Shown here: piece after piece, positions 12,119 through 23,310 of the stretch
Layout of the letters: each line of letters opens with the position of its first letter
Position numbering within the stretch: position 1 is the first letter of the stretch
Origin: an uncultured Bacillales bacterium
GTDB taxonomy: Bacteria > Bacillota_I > Bacilli_A > RFN20 > CAG-826
Length of the DNA stretch: 64,000 bases
Assembly: GCA_946414655.1 (NCBI GenBank)
Contig: CAMKPL010000001.1
Location: 125,287 to 189,286 of the forward strand
Direction: 5' to 3'
Translations under genes and position numbers: made by a program
Notes under the pieces: generated by a model
What the model was told of the DNA's origin: nothing
The model's database searches: none
The model's input: the letters and a program-made list of their open reading frames with translations, nothing else

Positions 12119-12649
12119 ATGGCCAAATTATTGAACTTAAAAGAAAAAGGATTAGCAAGAGAAATCTTAAGATTCATCGTTACAGGTGGCGTAGCTACTG
12201 TTGTTGATTTTTTGGCTTCTTATCTTGTTGCTTCTTTACTTCCTGATTCAATGGGGGTTTGGAAAGAGGTTATATACACTGCCGCAGGATTTGCTGTTGG
12301 AGTTGTCGTCAACTATTTCCTATCAGTATTTTGGGTATACAAAAATGTTGACGAAAACGTTAATGTCCGATCAACAAAAAATAAAATACTTTTCCTTGTT
12401 TTATCATTAGTTGGTTTGGGTATCGGAATTGCAATAATGATTGGTTTTGATGTACTCGATCAAGGTGTCATTCATTCGGATTTTGAGAACTGGTTGGGTT
12501 TTATTACCAAAGGTATGCCTTTCTCGTTCGCTTCTTTTGGGTGGGCTGTTTTATTCTTCGGATTCAAGACATTGATTGTTCTAATTTGGAATTATTTAAG
12601 CAGAAAAAAACTCATCTTCAAATCCAAAGATGAGTCTTCTACAAATTAA
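12119..12649 (+). CDS. GtrA-family membrane protein
   Basis: REILRFIVTGGVATVVDF, VNYFLS..WVY, WNYLSRKKLIF. Start moved to ATG 12119. Confidence 0.85.
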   Translation: MAKLLNLKEKGLAREILRFIVTGGVATVVDFLASYLVASLLPDSMGVWKEVIYTAAGFAVGVVVNYFLSVFWVYKNVDENVNVRSTKNKILFLVLSLVGLGIGIAIMIGFDVLDQGVIHSDFENWLGFITKGMPFSFASFGWAVLFFGFKTLIVLIWNYLSRKKLIFKSKDESSTN

Positions 12650-12659
12650 TTTTTGATAT

Positions 12660-12992
12660 CTATTTTTTATTGCGATATTCAGTGTATTTCTTCGATGAGC
12701 CTCGGACTAATTCAGCTGGATATTTTTTCTCATTTGCATCGAGTTTTGTGTTGACGATTTCATCAATATCAAGATGATAATGATCGGCCATAAGCGTGGC
12801 ATACATTATCACATCAGCAAGTTCTTCTTTTACTTTCTCAATAGACTTTTCTTCCTTTGTCCATTGAAAAACTTCAAGAAGTTCGCTAGCTTCGATGCAA
12901 ATTGATTTTGCTAAATTTTCGCCTGTATGAAATTGAGCCCAATCACGGTCTTCACGAAATTTCATTAAGCGATCATAAGTCTCTTTTTTCAT
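12660..12992 (-). CDS. MazG-like nucleotide pyrophosphohydrolase (paralog 1)
   Basis: RDWAQFH..NLAKSICIEASELLEVFQW...EELADV...NEKKYP. Confidence 0.9.
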   Translation of the reverse strand: MKKETYDRLMKFREDRDWAQFHTGENLAKSICIEASELLEVFQWTKEEKSIEKVKEELADVIMYATLMADHYHLDIDEIVNTKLDANEKKYPAELVRGSSKKYTEYRNKK

Positions 12993-13014
12993 CAAAATAA
13001 CCTGCAAAAATCAA

Positions 13015-13764
13015 TTATTTCTTTGCTTTTCCTTGGTTAGCAACGGCTTCCATTTCGGCTTTAAGAGCTGCTTCATCCATTAAGTAATAGTGTTTAACAG
13101 CATTCATCTTTTCATCGAATTCATAGACTAGTGGGACTCCAGTTGGAATGTTAACGCCAACGATTTCACTATCAGCCAAATGATCAAAGTATTTGACTAA
13201 AGCACGTAAAGAGTTACCGTGAGCAACGATTAAGCAGCGTTTACCACTTTCCATTGCTGGTTTAATAACTTCTTCGAAATATGGAACAGCACGAGCAACA
13301 GTCATTTCTAATGATTCATGTAATGGAAGATCTTCCTTAGGAACATCTCTAAATTGAGCTTGAAGAGCTGGATTGCGTGGATCCTTTGGATCAAGTGCTG
13401 GAGGTGGGCAGTCATAACTACGTCTCCAAATTTTAACTTGTTCCTCACCATATTTTTCAGCGGTTTCAGCTTTGTTTAAACCTTGAAGAGCGCCGTAGTG
13501 ACGTTCGTTAAGTCTCCAAGACTTATAAACTGGTAACCATTCTCGGTCTAGTTCAAATAGAACGTTATTCATTGTATGAATAGCGCGTTTAAGAAGTGAA
13601 GTATAAACAACATCGAAGTCGTATCCTTCTTCTTTTAAAGTCTTACCAGCACGATGTGCTTCGGCAACACCTTTTTCAGAAAGTTCAACATCAGTCCAAC
13701 CTGTGAACAGGTTTAACTTATTCCATTCTGATTCACCATGACGAATTAAAACTAATTTATACAT
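13015..13764 (-). CDS. gpmA: 2,3-bisphosphoglycerate-dependent phosphoglycerate mutase
   Basis: [30 protein letters not shown]. Confidence 0.97.
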   Translation of the reverse strand: MYKLVLIRHGESEWNKLNLFTGWTDVELSEKGVAEAHRAGKTLKEEGYDFDVVYTSLLKRAIHTMNNVLFELDREWLPVYKSWRLNERHYGALQGLNKAETAEKYGEEQVKIWRRSYDCPPPALDPKDPRNPALQAQFRDVPKEDLPLHESLEMTVARAVPYFEEVIKPAMESGKRCLIVAHGNSLRALVKYFDHLADSEIVGVNIPTGVPLVYEFDEKMNAVKHYYLMDEAALKAEMEAVANQGKAKK

Positions 13765-13777
13765 GATTTTCTCCTTA

Positions 13778-15109
13778 TTAATCAGCAAGAGAACCCATTG
13801 GATCCCATGGCTTTAAGACCACTGGATCAGCATCATAGGCTTCTTGTTCTTCTTTTGTTAAATATTCACGTTTAACAACGGCTTGGTATGTATATTGATC
13901 AAACCAGGAAGCAGACATTGTAAAGTAACCTTTACGGCCTCTATCATCTCCCCAAGAGTTCTCAATTTTCCATTTTGATGGTTTTCCGTCTTTATCAAAC
14001 GCAACGCCTGTAATACACATTGCGTGATTCATTGCGCTAGCGCGGAAATCAAGGGATTCACCTTTATCCATTTTAATATCTAAGTCTAATAATGACTTAT
14101 AATCCCATTCTTGGTCGTTCCAAACGCCTCTGACACGATCTCCATAGGAAGCAACATCGCTACCAAACCAAACGATGAATCCGTCTCTAAGTTGAGCAAG
14201 AATGACTTCTTTAAGTCTTTCCATTGGAAGGTTAAGGTGTTTAACAACCTTACCACCATAAACGTTACCTAAATATTGGACAGTATAGGATTTATTGAAT
14301 GGTTTTGATTTGGTTGGTGCGTTAATGCAGCTCACAAAATCATCAATTGTATCACCGATAAATTCATCAAAGAATGACTTTGGAGTATAACCACGAACAA
14401 CGTGATATTTGCCCTTATCATCAGTGTACTTAAGGTCAAATGTTTTTGGTGGAAGACCATAACATGAAACGAGAGCTTTATAGAATCTCTTCATGTAAGA
14501 ATCTTTAAGTTCTTCGACCGCTTTCATTCCTTTTTCAGCTTTCACCTTTCGTGATTCGCTAGCGAAACGACGAACTTCAGCATTTAATAAAGCATTCAAA
14601 GAACGGGTTGAACTAGATGTATATGTTTCAACATATGCGTTCTTTGGGCATAAGCCATATTTCTTAACAACGTTAACAAGCATGTCCCATTGACCACCAT
14701 CGCCAATTCCGTTTTGGACTAAGAATTGAACAGTACGATCATCATAATCGCAATCGATTGTTTCAATAAGGGCTTCTAATGTGTAGTTAAGTTTTTCTAA
14801 TTTGTCATAGAAAGCAATATAGCTTTGTGACAATTTGAAAGAATTAAGTCCAAGTTTACGACCAATTCTTTCTCTCATGCAGTTGCAACCAGCAAAGATC
14901 CAGCATCTTCCAGATGCTTTTTGGTTCGCAACATCCATTGATTTGATGTTAATATCAAAGTTAAAATCAAGATCCTGGACTGCGTCTTTGCTTCCAGCAA
15001 CAGTGTTAATATCTGCACCAGTTAATGCATGGCGAGCGACTGTACAGGAATGATCTTTTTCATATTCACTTTGTATTTTCTCTAATTCACTAATTTTGAT
15101 TTCTTTCAT
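13778..15109 (-). CDS. pepC: Cysteine aminopeptidase C (bleomycin hydrolase family, C1B)
   Basis: [31 protein letters not shown]. Confidence 0.95.
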   Translation of the reverse strand: MKEIKISELEKIQSEYEKDHSCTVARHALTGADINTVAGSKDAVQDLDFNFDINIKSMDVANQKASGRCWIFAGCNCMRERIGRKLGLNSFKLSQSYIAFYDKLEKLNYTLEALIETIDCDYDDRTVQFLVQNGIGDGGQWDMLVNVVKKYGLCPKNAYVETYTSSSTRSLNALLNAEVRRFASESRKVKAEKGMKAVEELKDSYMKRFYKALVSCYGLPPKTFDLKYTDDKGKYHVVRGYTPKSFFDEFIGDTIDDFVSCINAPTKSKPFNKSYTVQYLGNVYGGKVVKHLNLPMERLKEVILAQLRDGFIVWFGSDVASYGDRVRGVWNDQEWDYKSLLDLDIKMDKGESLDFRASAMNHAMCITGVAFDKDGKPSKWKIENSWGDDRGRKGYFTMSASWFDQYTYQAVVKREYLTKEEQEAYDADPVVLKPWDPMGSLAD

Positions 15110-15198
15110 AAATCATCCTCCTTTGTCAGCAATAACAATTTTATATAAAAATTATTATTTTTCCACTAAAAAGAAAATTCTTCGTATAATATCAACAT

Positions 15199-16182
15199 AT
15201 GAACTACAAAAAATACGCAATTGCAGACATTCATCTACATTTAGATGGATCGCTATCTTCCAAAGTTATTATCGAGGTGGCAAAAGAAGAAGGCATCAAA
15301 CTTCCAACTTATTGCCTTCATAAACTGAACAAATATTTAAGAGTGCCAAAAAACTGCCAATCTCTTAATGAATACCTAGAACGTTTTAGCCTTCCAAATC
15401 TTGTTCTCCAATCCAAAAACGGATTAAGAAAATGCTCTTTAGATTTATTAGAACGTCTTTCCAAGCAAGGTCTTAAGTATTGCGAGGTTAGAATGGCGCC
15501 ACAACTCTCCACCGCTCAAGGTTTGACACAAAAAGAGGTTGTTGAAACTTTAGTCACAACCTTTGCTGAACAAAAATTCATTCGTGCGAACCTCATTCTT
15601 TGTTGTATGCGCGGAAAAGACACTCATGAAGCAAATATGGAAACTGTAGAGCTTGCGAAAGAATTCTATGGAAAAGGCGTTGTTGCTGTTGATCTTGCCG
15701 GAGCAGAAGCTTTATTCCCAAATGAACTCTTCCAAAAAGAATTCGAACTTGCTAAAAAATATCAACTACCATACACCATCCATTCGGGAGAAGCATCGGG
15801 AGCAAAATCTGTTGAATCTGCGATAAAAATGGGGGCATTAAGAATCGGACATGGAATCCATTCAGTCGAAGACAAAAATGTTGTAAAATTGCTAGAAAAA
15901 CACGTGATTTGCCTGGAAATTTGCCCAAAATCAAACCTCGACACAAAAGCTATCAAATCCTACTCAGATTTACCATTTAAACAATTAAAAGAAGCTGGCG
16001 TGAAATTCACAATTAATACTGATAATATGACTGTTTCAAACACGGAACTTTGGAAAGAATATCGCACACTTAGCAAACTCGGATTTAAAGAAAACGAACT
16101 TCAAGAGTTCGCTTTAAATACAATTGATGCGGCGTTCATTTCTGACGCTGAAAAAATTGTTCTTAAGAAATTTATAATATAA
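15199..16182 (+). CDS. add: Adenosine deaminase
   Basis: DIHLHLDGS, DLAGAE, IHSGE, RIGHG, INTDN. Confidence 0.93.
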   Translation: MNYKKYAIADIHLHLDGSLSSKVIIEVAKEEGIKLPTYCLHKLNKYLRVPKNCQSLNEYLERFSLPNLVLQSKNGLRKCSLDLLERLSKQGLKYCEVRMAPQLSTAQGLTQKEVVETLVTTFAEQKFIRANLILCCMRGKDTHEANMETVELAKEFYGKGVVAVDLAGAEALFPNELFQKEFELAKKYQLPYTIHSGEASGAKSVESAIKMGALRIGHGIHSVEDKNVVKLLEKHVICLEICPKSNLDTKAIKSYSDLPFKQLKEAGVKFTINTDNMTVSNTELWKEYRTLSKLGFKENELQEFALNTIDAAFISDAEKIVLKKFII

Positions 16183-17044
16183 ATTTTGAAATTAATTCTA
16201 ATACCACATCTGGTTCTTCATTATAACCGCCATGATGCGAATTCTCTAAAAGTACCCACTTCGCGTGAGGTATTTTTTCTTTCATAACACGGTTCATCTC
16301 TGGGGTCGACTCATCATATTTTCCAGATAAGATTAATGTTGGAACATCAACTTTATATAGCAAATTTGTAACATCGTAATCCGCTAAAGTTCCATTTCCA
16401 AATAATTCAGAAAATCCCCACATTTTGTTATAGATTTCTTTATTAGTTTTTGGAAAATGTTTGGTTTTTGGTATGTATTTTCGTTGATTTTTCTTACCGA
16501 CATGTTCGTCATAAAAACGTTTCATTCCCTGTTTAAAAAGTTTCTTATCGTATGGTTTTTTGTCCTTCTCATTTAAGATTGCTTCAACTTGTTCTTTTGG
16601 ATAAGACTCAATCATTTTCAGATGCTCGTCATTCCATATTTTTGTCGATGGAAGAGTCGAGAATAGAATGAGTTTTTCTAATCCTTCATGAGGATATTTA
16701 CACACCCATTCAAGCGCAAGCATTCCACCCCACGAGTGTCCAAGAATAGAAAACTTTTTTAGACCAAAAAAGCGAATAACATTTTCTAGTTCTTTTAAAT
16801 ATGTTTCAAAAGTCCAAAGGTCTTCATTTCCTTTAGGGACACGTGAATATCCAGCACCTAATTGATCGTAGAAAATTAAAGGAATTCCTTGATCAGCTAG
16901 TTGTTCTAAAACTTCATAACGCTCAACGCATCCTCCTGGTCCACCGTGAAGAATAATTAATGGCGTTCCGTTCTTAATATCGCCAAATGTGTATGCACGA
17001 GTATGGAATCCTAAATAAGGAATATGATAGATATGTTTTTTCAT
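16172..17044 (-). CDS. Proline iminopeptidase-family alpha/beta hydrolase
   Basis: HGGPGG, YDQLGAG, GHSWGG, catalytic His near SHH. Start at 17044 inferred from the -10 box. Confidence 0.85.
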   Translation of the reverse strand: MKKHIYHIPYLGFHTRAYTFGDIKNGTPLIILHGGPGGCVERYEVLEQLADQGIPLIFYDQLGAGYSRVPKGNEDLWTFETYLKELENVIRFFGLKKFSILGHSWGGMLALEWVCKYPHEGLEKLILFSTLPSTKIWNDEHLKMIESYPKEQVEAILNEKDKKPYDKKLFKQGMKRFYDEHVGKKNQRKYIPKTKHFPKTNKEIYNKMWGFSELFGNGTLADYDVTNLLYKVDVPTLILSGKYDESTPEMNRVMKEKIPHAKWVLLENSHHGGYNEEPDVVLELISKFIL

Positions 17045-17086
17045 CGGCATAATTTTATATTGTTTAAGTAAATAATTATACATAAC

Positions 17087-17117
17087 AAAAAAGACTCTCC
17101 ATTGGAGAGTCAATTTT
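17087..17117 (-). terminator. Intrinsic terminator after eno
   Basis: GACTCTCCA/TGGAGAGTC inverted repeat (17093-17111) followed by T6 on the minus strand. Confidence 0.8.
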
Positions 17118-17133
17118 GATTTTGTTTGATTAA

Positions 17134-18435
17134 TTATTTTGCAAACTTGAACGCGCTCATGCCAGCATATTTAGCTTTTGGACCAAGTTCTTCTTCAATG
17201 CGGAGAAGTTGATTGTACTTGTTCACACGTTCGCCACGGCATGGAGCACCGGTCTTGATTTGACCAGTTGCTAAGCCAACACAGAGGTCAGCAATGAAAG
17301 TATCTTCTGTTTCACCAGAACGGTGGGAAGTAACAGCAGTATAACCAGCATCATGAGCCATCTTGATAGCGGCTTTGGTTTCTTTAACAGAACCGATTTG
17401 GTTGAGTTTAATTAAGATAGAGTTTGCGGCACCAACTTTGATACCATTGCTTAAACGTTCGACGTTTGTAACGAATAAGTCGTCACCAACAAGTTGAACT
17501 TTCTTACCGATACGGGCAGTAAGTTTCTTCCAGCCTTCCCAGTCTTCCTCGTCGAGAATATCTTCATAGGAGACAATTGGGAATTCTTCAAGAAGTTTGG
17601 CCCAGTGATCAATAAGTTCATCAGAAGTCATATGCTTCTTTTGTTTTGGTAAGTAGTAATAACCAACACCTTTTTCTTCATCCTTCCATTCGGAAGCAGC
17701 AGCATCCATAGCTAACTTGAAGTCTTTTCCTGGAACATAACCAGCATCTTCAATAGCTTTGACAATTTCTCTTAAGACTTCTTCATCGGAAGCTAAGTTT
17801 GGAGCGAAACCACCTTCGTCACCGACAGAAACGGCTAAGCCTTTGGCTTTGAGGTTCTTGGCGAGGACGTGGTAGACTTCGGAACACCATCTTAAGCATT
17901 CACGGAAGTTTGGAGCGCCGACTGGCATAATCATGAATTCTTGGGAATCAACTGTGTTAGAAGCGTGGCATCCACCATTAAGAATATTCATCATTGGAAC
18001 TGGAAGAACAACGTCACGTCCTTCGGATAAATATTTGTAGAGTGGGACACCTTTAATTTGAGCGGCTAATTTGTTAACAGCAAGGGAGACAGCTAAGATA
18101 GCATTAGCACCAAGTTTGGTTTTACCTTTGGTACCATCAATCTTAAGCATTAATTCGTCAATTGCGTCTGGATTAGCAGCATCTTTTCCTTTGAGTTCTT
18201 TAGCTAAGATTTCGTTAACATTAGCAACGGCTTTTAATGTACCTTTACCAAGATAACGTTTTTTATCACCATCACGAAGTTCAAGTGCTTCATAGATGCC
18301 TGTGGAAGCACCACTTGGGACTTCTGCACGAGCCATCATACCGTTTTCAAGCACAACATCAACTTCAACGGTTGGGTTTCCACGGGAGTCAAGAATTTCA
18401 CGACCGTGGATGGATTTAATTTTTGTATTTTCCAT
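17134..18435 (-). CDS. eno: Enolase
   Basis: [43 protein letters not shown]. Confidence 0.98.
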   Translation of the reverse strand: MENTKIKSIHGREILDSRGNPTVEVDVVLENGMMARAEVPSGASTGIYEALELRDGDKKRYLGKGTLKAVANVNEILAKELKGKDAANPDAIDELMLKIDGTKGKTKLGANAILAVSLAVNKLAAQIKGVPLYKYLSEGRDVVLPVPMMNILNGGCHASNTVDSQEFMIMPVGAPNFRECLRWCSEVYHVLAKNLKAKGLAVSVGDEGGFAPNLASDEEVLREIVKAIEDAGYVPGKDFKLAMDAAASEWKDEEKGVGYYYLPKQKKHMTSDELIDHWAKLLEEFPIVSYEDILDEEDWEGWKKLTARIGKKVQLVGDDLFVTNVERLSNGIKVGAANSILIKLNQIGSVKETKAAIKMAHDAGYTAVTSHRSGETEDTFIADLCVGLATGQIKTGAPCRGERVNKYNQLLRIEEELGPKAKYAGMSAFKFAK

Positions 18436-18531
18436 TTTCTATTCCTCTTTGCGTTAATGATAATAAATTATCACCAAAACTATTTCAATAAAAAAGCGTG
18501 TTAAACGCTTACATAAAATAAAAAACCCGGA

Positions 18532-19326
18532 TTAGTAAATCCAGGTAATTTGAATAGATTCTAGAAAGATGCGGTTATGATCGGTTCCACCGATCAATTC
18601 ATTTTCTATTGTTAACGAAGTAAATGTTTCAGATGGTTCATAAGTAACAGTACGAGATTCTGGTTCAACATTTGTTTCTGTAACAGTCATCGATGTTTCA
18701 GATCCATTAACAATTAGTTTCGCGCTATCGGTGTGCCATTGTTCTTCTGTTTCTTTTGAGTAGTCTCTATACCATTTATGGTAATTATTCACTTTTAAGA
18801 CGACTTTTTTCATTGGTGTTGCACTTTGCCAAACAATCTTTCCAGCATCAGAAGTTCCTATTGTTAAATAAACATCTGTCCCATTATTGCGGTCAACGTT
18901 TGTGTTTAATGCTGTATAAGCAATAGAGCCGATCATTCCCTCGATATCGCAAATAGTTGAAAAATAATTTGTTAAAAGTTCAGCATTTTTCTTTTTATCA
19001 TTAGGTTGAGAGTCATCGTGGTTATCAATCTGCCTTCCTCCAGCATTAAAACCAGTTCCAGTTTCAAAATTGTCTAAAGACGTCTCGATTAAGCGCGATA
19101 CTTCAGTGCCTGGTTCAGGTGGAGGAGTTATAGAACTAGACGAAGAAGGTAAAACGCTAGTTGGAGCAACTTGAGATGATACCGCAACAGAAGATGTTCC
19201 TGGCTCAACACTTGTTTGAGATGTTGGAGAATCGCCAGAAGATTGTTTCTTCTTCTTTGGTGTAGAAGTACAACCAGAAACAACTAAAGCGAACAATAAT
19301 AAAGGTAAGACGGATGTTTTATTCAT
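18532..19326 (-). CDS. Lipoprotein of unknown function with Ser/Thr/Pro-rich linker (lipoprotein A)
   Basis: Signal peptide with lipobox VSGC, then TSTPKKKKQSS and an S/T/P linker; SD AGAGG. Confidence 0.85.
   Translation of the reverse strand: MNKTSVLPLLLFALVVSGCTSTPKKKKQSSGDSPTSQTSVEPGTSSVAVSSQVAPTSVLPSSSSSITPPPEPGTEVSRLIETSLDNFETGTGFNAGGRQIDNHDDSQPNDKKKNAELLTNYFSTICDIEGMIGSIAYTALNTNVDRNNGTDVYLTIGTSDAGKIVWQSATPMKKVVLKVNNYHKWYRDYSKETEEQWHTDSAKLIVNGSETSMTVTETNVEPESRTVTYEPSETFTSLTIENELIGGTDHNRIFLESIQITWIY
19186..19278 (-). repeat. 93-bp lipoprotein N-terminal module, copy 1
   Basis: Manual alignment: 84/93 nt identical to 25357-25449 in inverted orientation. Confidence 0.9.
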
Positions 19327-19373
19327 TTTGAACCTCTGTGTTAAAATTATATCAATAAATAAGGGATTTGTTT

Positions 19374-19928
19374 ATGAAAGTATTAATGCTATTGGCTGAT
19401 GGTTTTGAAGATACAGAGGCCCTAACTACTAGAGATGTTTTAATAAGAGCAGGAATTGAAGTTACAACCGCATCAATTACTGATCGACTTGAAGTGCAAT
19501 CTTCATTTGGTGTTCATGTTTTGGCTGATGCACTTCTAAAACTAATTTTTGATACAACTCCATACGAAGCAATTATTCTTCCTGGTGGAGGACGAGGAAC
19601 AAGAAACTTATCTGAGAGTCCATTAGTTCCACTTTACTTAGAAAAATTTGCTTCTCAAGGAAAACTTTTATGCGCAATCTGCGCCGCACCATCAATCCTA
19701 GGAAAACATGGTTATTTAAAAAACAAAAAATATACGTGTTTTGCAGGATTTAATGAAGTAATTGCTGGTGATTTTACTGCAAATGAAGTAGAAAAATCTG
19801 GAAATATTATTACAGCAAGATCAATGCAATATTCGATTCCTTTTGCATTAACAATTATTGAGGAATTGATGGGGAAAGAAGTAAAAGAAAAAGTCCAAAT
19901 CGGACTTCAAGGATTAGATCCAAAATAA
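19374..19928 (+). CDS. DJ-1/PfpI (ThiJ/YajL) family glyoxalase/deglycase
   Basis: LADGFEDTEA, ILPGG, AICAAP. Confidence 0.92.
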   Translation: MKVLMLLADGFEDTEALTTRDVLIRAGIEVTTASITDRLEVQSSFGVHVLADALLKLIFDTTPYEAIILPGGGRGTRNLSESPLVPLYLEKFASQGKLLCAICAAPSILGKHGYLKNKKYTCFAGFNEVIAGDFTANEVEKSGNIITARSMQYSIPFALTIIEELMGKEVKEKVQIGLQGLDPK

Positions 19929-20798
19929 TTACTTACTTAAGATATAATCAACATACAACCGGGCAACATTTATACCGGTTGTTTTTTCTATTCCTTCATA
20001 GAAAGCATTCGAGTTCACTTCAGAAAGAATTGGTTCCCCATTTTCTCCTTCAAGAAGATCTACACCGCAATAATCAAGTTCTAAAATTCTCGCCGCTTTT
20101 TCAGCAACTTCTAAATAGGATTTTGGAAGATCAACAACATAACTTTTTCCACCTGCAGCTAAATTAGAGAGATAAGAAAACTTGTTCTCTCTTTTCATAT
20201 AAGCAACAGTTTTGCCTCCAATTACAATTATTCGATAATCTTTACCTTTTGAGGATGCAATAAATTGCTGAAAAATATGAGGCACATGAATGAGTTTATT
20301 TTCTAAATCTAATAATTCGTTTTTGTTTGTTACAAAATAAACTTGTCTACCTAAACTACCATAGTTTTCTTTAACTATCATTGGTAAACCAATGATTTCA
20401 ATAACATTGTCTAAATATTTTCGATTTCCATCATCTCTATAACAAAGTGGCGATGAAATTGTTGTAGGCATTTTAATTCCTTGATCGGATAAAGAAAGAT
20501 GCGTGAGCATTTTATCATCGCATTTAACAATTGAAGAGCAGCTATTAAAAAGGCGGTAACCAGCTCTTTCTAATTCCTCGGCAATGTATCTGTCTTTATC
20601 TGTATAAATAACAAAATCATAGTTAGGTAAAGTCGATTTTACATTGCCTTCACTTAAATAAGAAAAAACATCTGTGCTTGTACGAACATCAACGGGCACA
20701 CCTTTTTTTGAAAACTCTTCTTTGAGTCGTTTAAGCTGGTGTTGAATACCTTCAGCAACACCAAATCCGTTTATAATAATCAATCCTTTTTTACTCAT
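19929..20798 (-). CDS. RimK-family ATP-grasp alpha-L-glutamate ligase
   Basis: CDDKMLT, PMIVKENYGSLG, DYRIIVIGG, SNLAAGG, GVDLL, EVNSN. Confidence 0.9.
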   Translation of the reverse strand: MSKKGLIIINGFGVAEGIQHQLKRLKEEFSKKGVPVDVRTSTDVFSYLSEGNVKSTLPNYDFVIYTDKDRYIAEELERAGYRLFNSCSSIVKCDDKMLTHLSLSDQGIKMPTTISSPLCYRDDGNRKYLDNVIEIIGLPMIVKENYGSLGRQVYFVTNKNELLDLENKLIHVPHIFQQFIASSKGKDYRIIVIGGKTVAYMKRENKFSYLSNLAAGGKSYVVDLPKSYLEVAEKAARILELDYCGVDLLEGENGEPILSEVNSNAFYEGIEKTTGINVARLYVDYILSK

Positions 20799-21342
20799 GT
20801 TTTTTTAAATCTAAAATTAATTTTGTAAGTGGTAAGGCACCGTTTGCAACAAAGACAGTTGTCAAAAACACAACGTGAACAAAGATTCCTTCTTCAAGTT
20901 CTAAAATTAAAAGAATTCCAAACAAAATATCAGCAAAAGAAATGACGTATTCAGCCAAATCTAGTGGCTTTTTGCAGGATCTTTTTAAAATAAATGCGCC
21001 TGTAGCAATCTCTAATAATCCAGACAGAGCATCAAGAAGTCCGAACAACAAACATACCAACCATAACTCGGCTTTGTAATAAGCCAAAGTGAAGATTCCT
21101 AATCCAACGCCAATAATTGCTAACCCCAGATAAATGTATTTAGCTCGTGGATTTTTGAAATTTCGATAAAACTCAGCAAAATGGAAAACTGAAGCAAGTA
21201 AAAACAATATTCCAAGTGCAACTCTTTCAAAGTCGCGACCGATAATTAAAAATGCAATTAAGATTCCAGCAAAAATAAAACAATATGAAATAAAGAACAA
21301 TCTCAGTGCAATTTCAGCCTTGTTTTTTGAGTGTTTATTCAT
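20791..21342 (-). CDS. Multi-pass membrane protein (HdeD/DUF308-like), function unknown
   Basis: About six hydrophobic segments; overlaps the RimK-family start. The family guess is weak. Confidence 0.7.
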   Translation of the reverse strand: MNKHSKNKAEIALRLFFISYCFIFAGILIAFLIIGRDFERVALGILFLLASVFHFAEFYRNFKNPRAKYIYLGLAIIGVGLGIFTLAYYKAELWLVCLLFGLLDALSGLLEIATGAFILKRSCKKPLDLAEYVISFADILFGILLILELEEGIFVHVVFLTTVFVANGALPLTKLILDLKKHE

Positions 21343-21453
21343 AGCAATCATTTTACCACTAAAGGTACTGGTATTTTACAATTTTGTAATTTTCTATCTT
21401 TTAGAATTGAATTATTTTTCATAAATAATTATATTTATACAGCATCACAAATT

Positions 21454-23310
21454 ATGTTAGAGAAAGTTAAATTAATCGCAAAATCCGTTCGCCAGTACAA
21501 GAAATATGCGATCTGGACACCAATCTTAATGATTATTGAAGCACTAATGGAATGTGCGATGCCTTTCGTTATGTCGATGTTAATCGATACGATTACTCAA
21601 GCTGTTAATGTTACTGCTGCTCATCCTTATAATGAAATTCACGAATTCTCTGACATCTTTAAAACATTAACTTATTCAAACGCAACATTAAATCTCAAAC
21701 TTGATGTCACTATTTTTGGAATCATTATTGCCTTAATTGTGATGGCGTTAATTTCATTAAGCGCCGGATTTATTGGTGGAAGAACTGCTGCTAAGGCTTC
21801 AGTTGGATTACAAACAAACCTTCGCGAAGACATCTACAAAAAGATTCAAACATTCTCATTCGCCAATATTGATAAATTCCATACATCTTCATTAATTACT
21901 CGATTAACGACTGATGTTAACCAAATCGGTATGGCGTTCCAAATGATGATTCGTATCGTTGTTCGTGCTCCATTAATGATTATTTTCTCAGCTGTTATGG
22001 CCTTCGTTGCTGGTGGATGGATGGCAGTCATCTTTATCTTATTAATTCCAGTCATTGGATTGGGTTTATGGTTTATTGGTAGACAAGCATTCCGTATCTT
22101 TACCAAAGTATTTAAACGTTATGATGCTTTAAATGAATCGGTCCAGGAAAACGTTTCTGGAATTCGTGTTGTTAAATCATATGTTCGTGAAGATTATGAA
22201 AAACAAAAATTCACTAATGCATCTAATTCGTTAACTGGTGGATTTATTAAGGCTGAAAAGTTAGTTGCTTTAAGCGATCCGCTTCTTAATACCACGATTC
22301 ATATCTCAAATATTTTAGTTATCTCAATTGGTACATACGCAATTTATCGCGGATCAATTGATAATTCCTTCTGGATTAAATTAACAGTCGGACAAATGAG
22401 TTCGTTGATTACCTATGGTATTCAAATTCTTGTTTCTATCCTCATGATCTCCATGATTCTTGTCATGATGCTGATGTCTGTCGAATGCGTTAGACGTATT
22501 TCCGAAGTCCTAGATGAGGAACCATCAATTAAAAATCCTGAAAGCCCACTTTATGAAGTTAAAAATGGAGACATTGTCTTTGACAACGTCAACTTTAAAT
22601 ATAAAGAAACAGCACAAAAATGTGCGTTATCAAATATTAATTTAAATATTAAATCTGGCGAATTTGTTGGTATTTTAGGATCCACAGGTTCAGGAAAAAC
22701 TTCCTTAGTTAATCTTATTTCACGTCTTTATGACGTTACTGAAGGAAGAGTTCTTGTTGGAGATCATGATGTTCGTGAATACGACATCCCAACATTAAGA
22801 AAATCTGTTTCTGTCGTTCTTCAAAAGAACGTCCTTTTCTCTGGAACAATTGCTTCAAACCTTAAATGGGGAAAAGAAGACGCTACTGTTGAAGAGATGC
22901 AAAAAGCCTGTGAAATTGCCCAAGCTTTAGAGATTGTTAAAGGTAAAAAGGATGGCTTAAATTCCAAAGTCGAACAAGGCGGAGCAAACTTCTCTGGCGG
23001 TCAAAAGCAACGTCTTTGTATTGCTCGTGCTATTGTTGGTTCACCAAAGATTTTAGTTCTTGATGACTCCACTTCTGCTGTTGATACAAAAACAGATAAG
23101 CTCATCCGTAAAGGGCTCAAAGAACAACTTCCAAGTATTACCAAAATTGTTATTGCTCAACGCATTTCTTCAATTGAAGATGCAGATAAAATTATTGTTT
23201 TAGATGACGGAGAAATTTCCGCTATCGGAAAACATAGTGAACTTTTAAAAACTTCGAAGATTTATAAAGAAGTTTATGAAACTCAAAATCGAGTTGGAGG
23301 TGCTAAGTAA
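21454..23310 (+). CDS. Heterodimeric ABC exporter, subunit with degenerate nucleotide-binding motifs
   Basis: TMD plus NBD: Walker A GSTGSGKT, FSGGQ, Walker B LVLDD (no catalytic Glu), switch IAQR. Confidence 0.93.
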   Translation: MLEKVKLIAKSVRQYKKYAIWTPILMIIEALMECAMPFVMSMLIDTITQAVNVTAAHPYNEIHEFSDIFKTLTYSNATLNLKLDVTIFGIIIALIVMALISLSAGFIGGRTAAKASVGLQTNLREDIYKKIQTFSFANIDKFHTSSLITRLTTDVNQIGMAFQMMIRIVVRAPLMIIFSAVMAFVAGGWMAVIFILLIPVIGLGLWFIGRQAFRIFTKVFKRYDALNESVQENVSGIRVVKSYVREDYEKQKFTNASNSLTGGFIKAEKLVALSDPLLNTTIHISNILVISIGTYAIYRGSIDNSFWIKLTVGQMSSLITYGIQILVSILMISMILVMMLMSVECVRRISEVLDEEPSIKNPESPLYEVKNGDIVFDNVNFKYKETAQKCALSNINLNIKSGEFVGILGSTGSGKTSLVNLISRLYDVTEGRVLVGDHDVREYDIPTLRKSVSVVLQKNVLFSGTIASNLKWGKEDATVEEMQKACEIAQALEIVKGKKDGLNSKVEQGGANFSGGQKQRLCIARAIVGSPKILVLDDSTSAVDTKTDKLIRKGLKEQLPSITKIVIAQRISSIEDADKIIVLDDGEISAIGKHSELLKTSKIYKEVYETQNRVGGAK

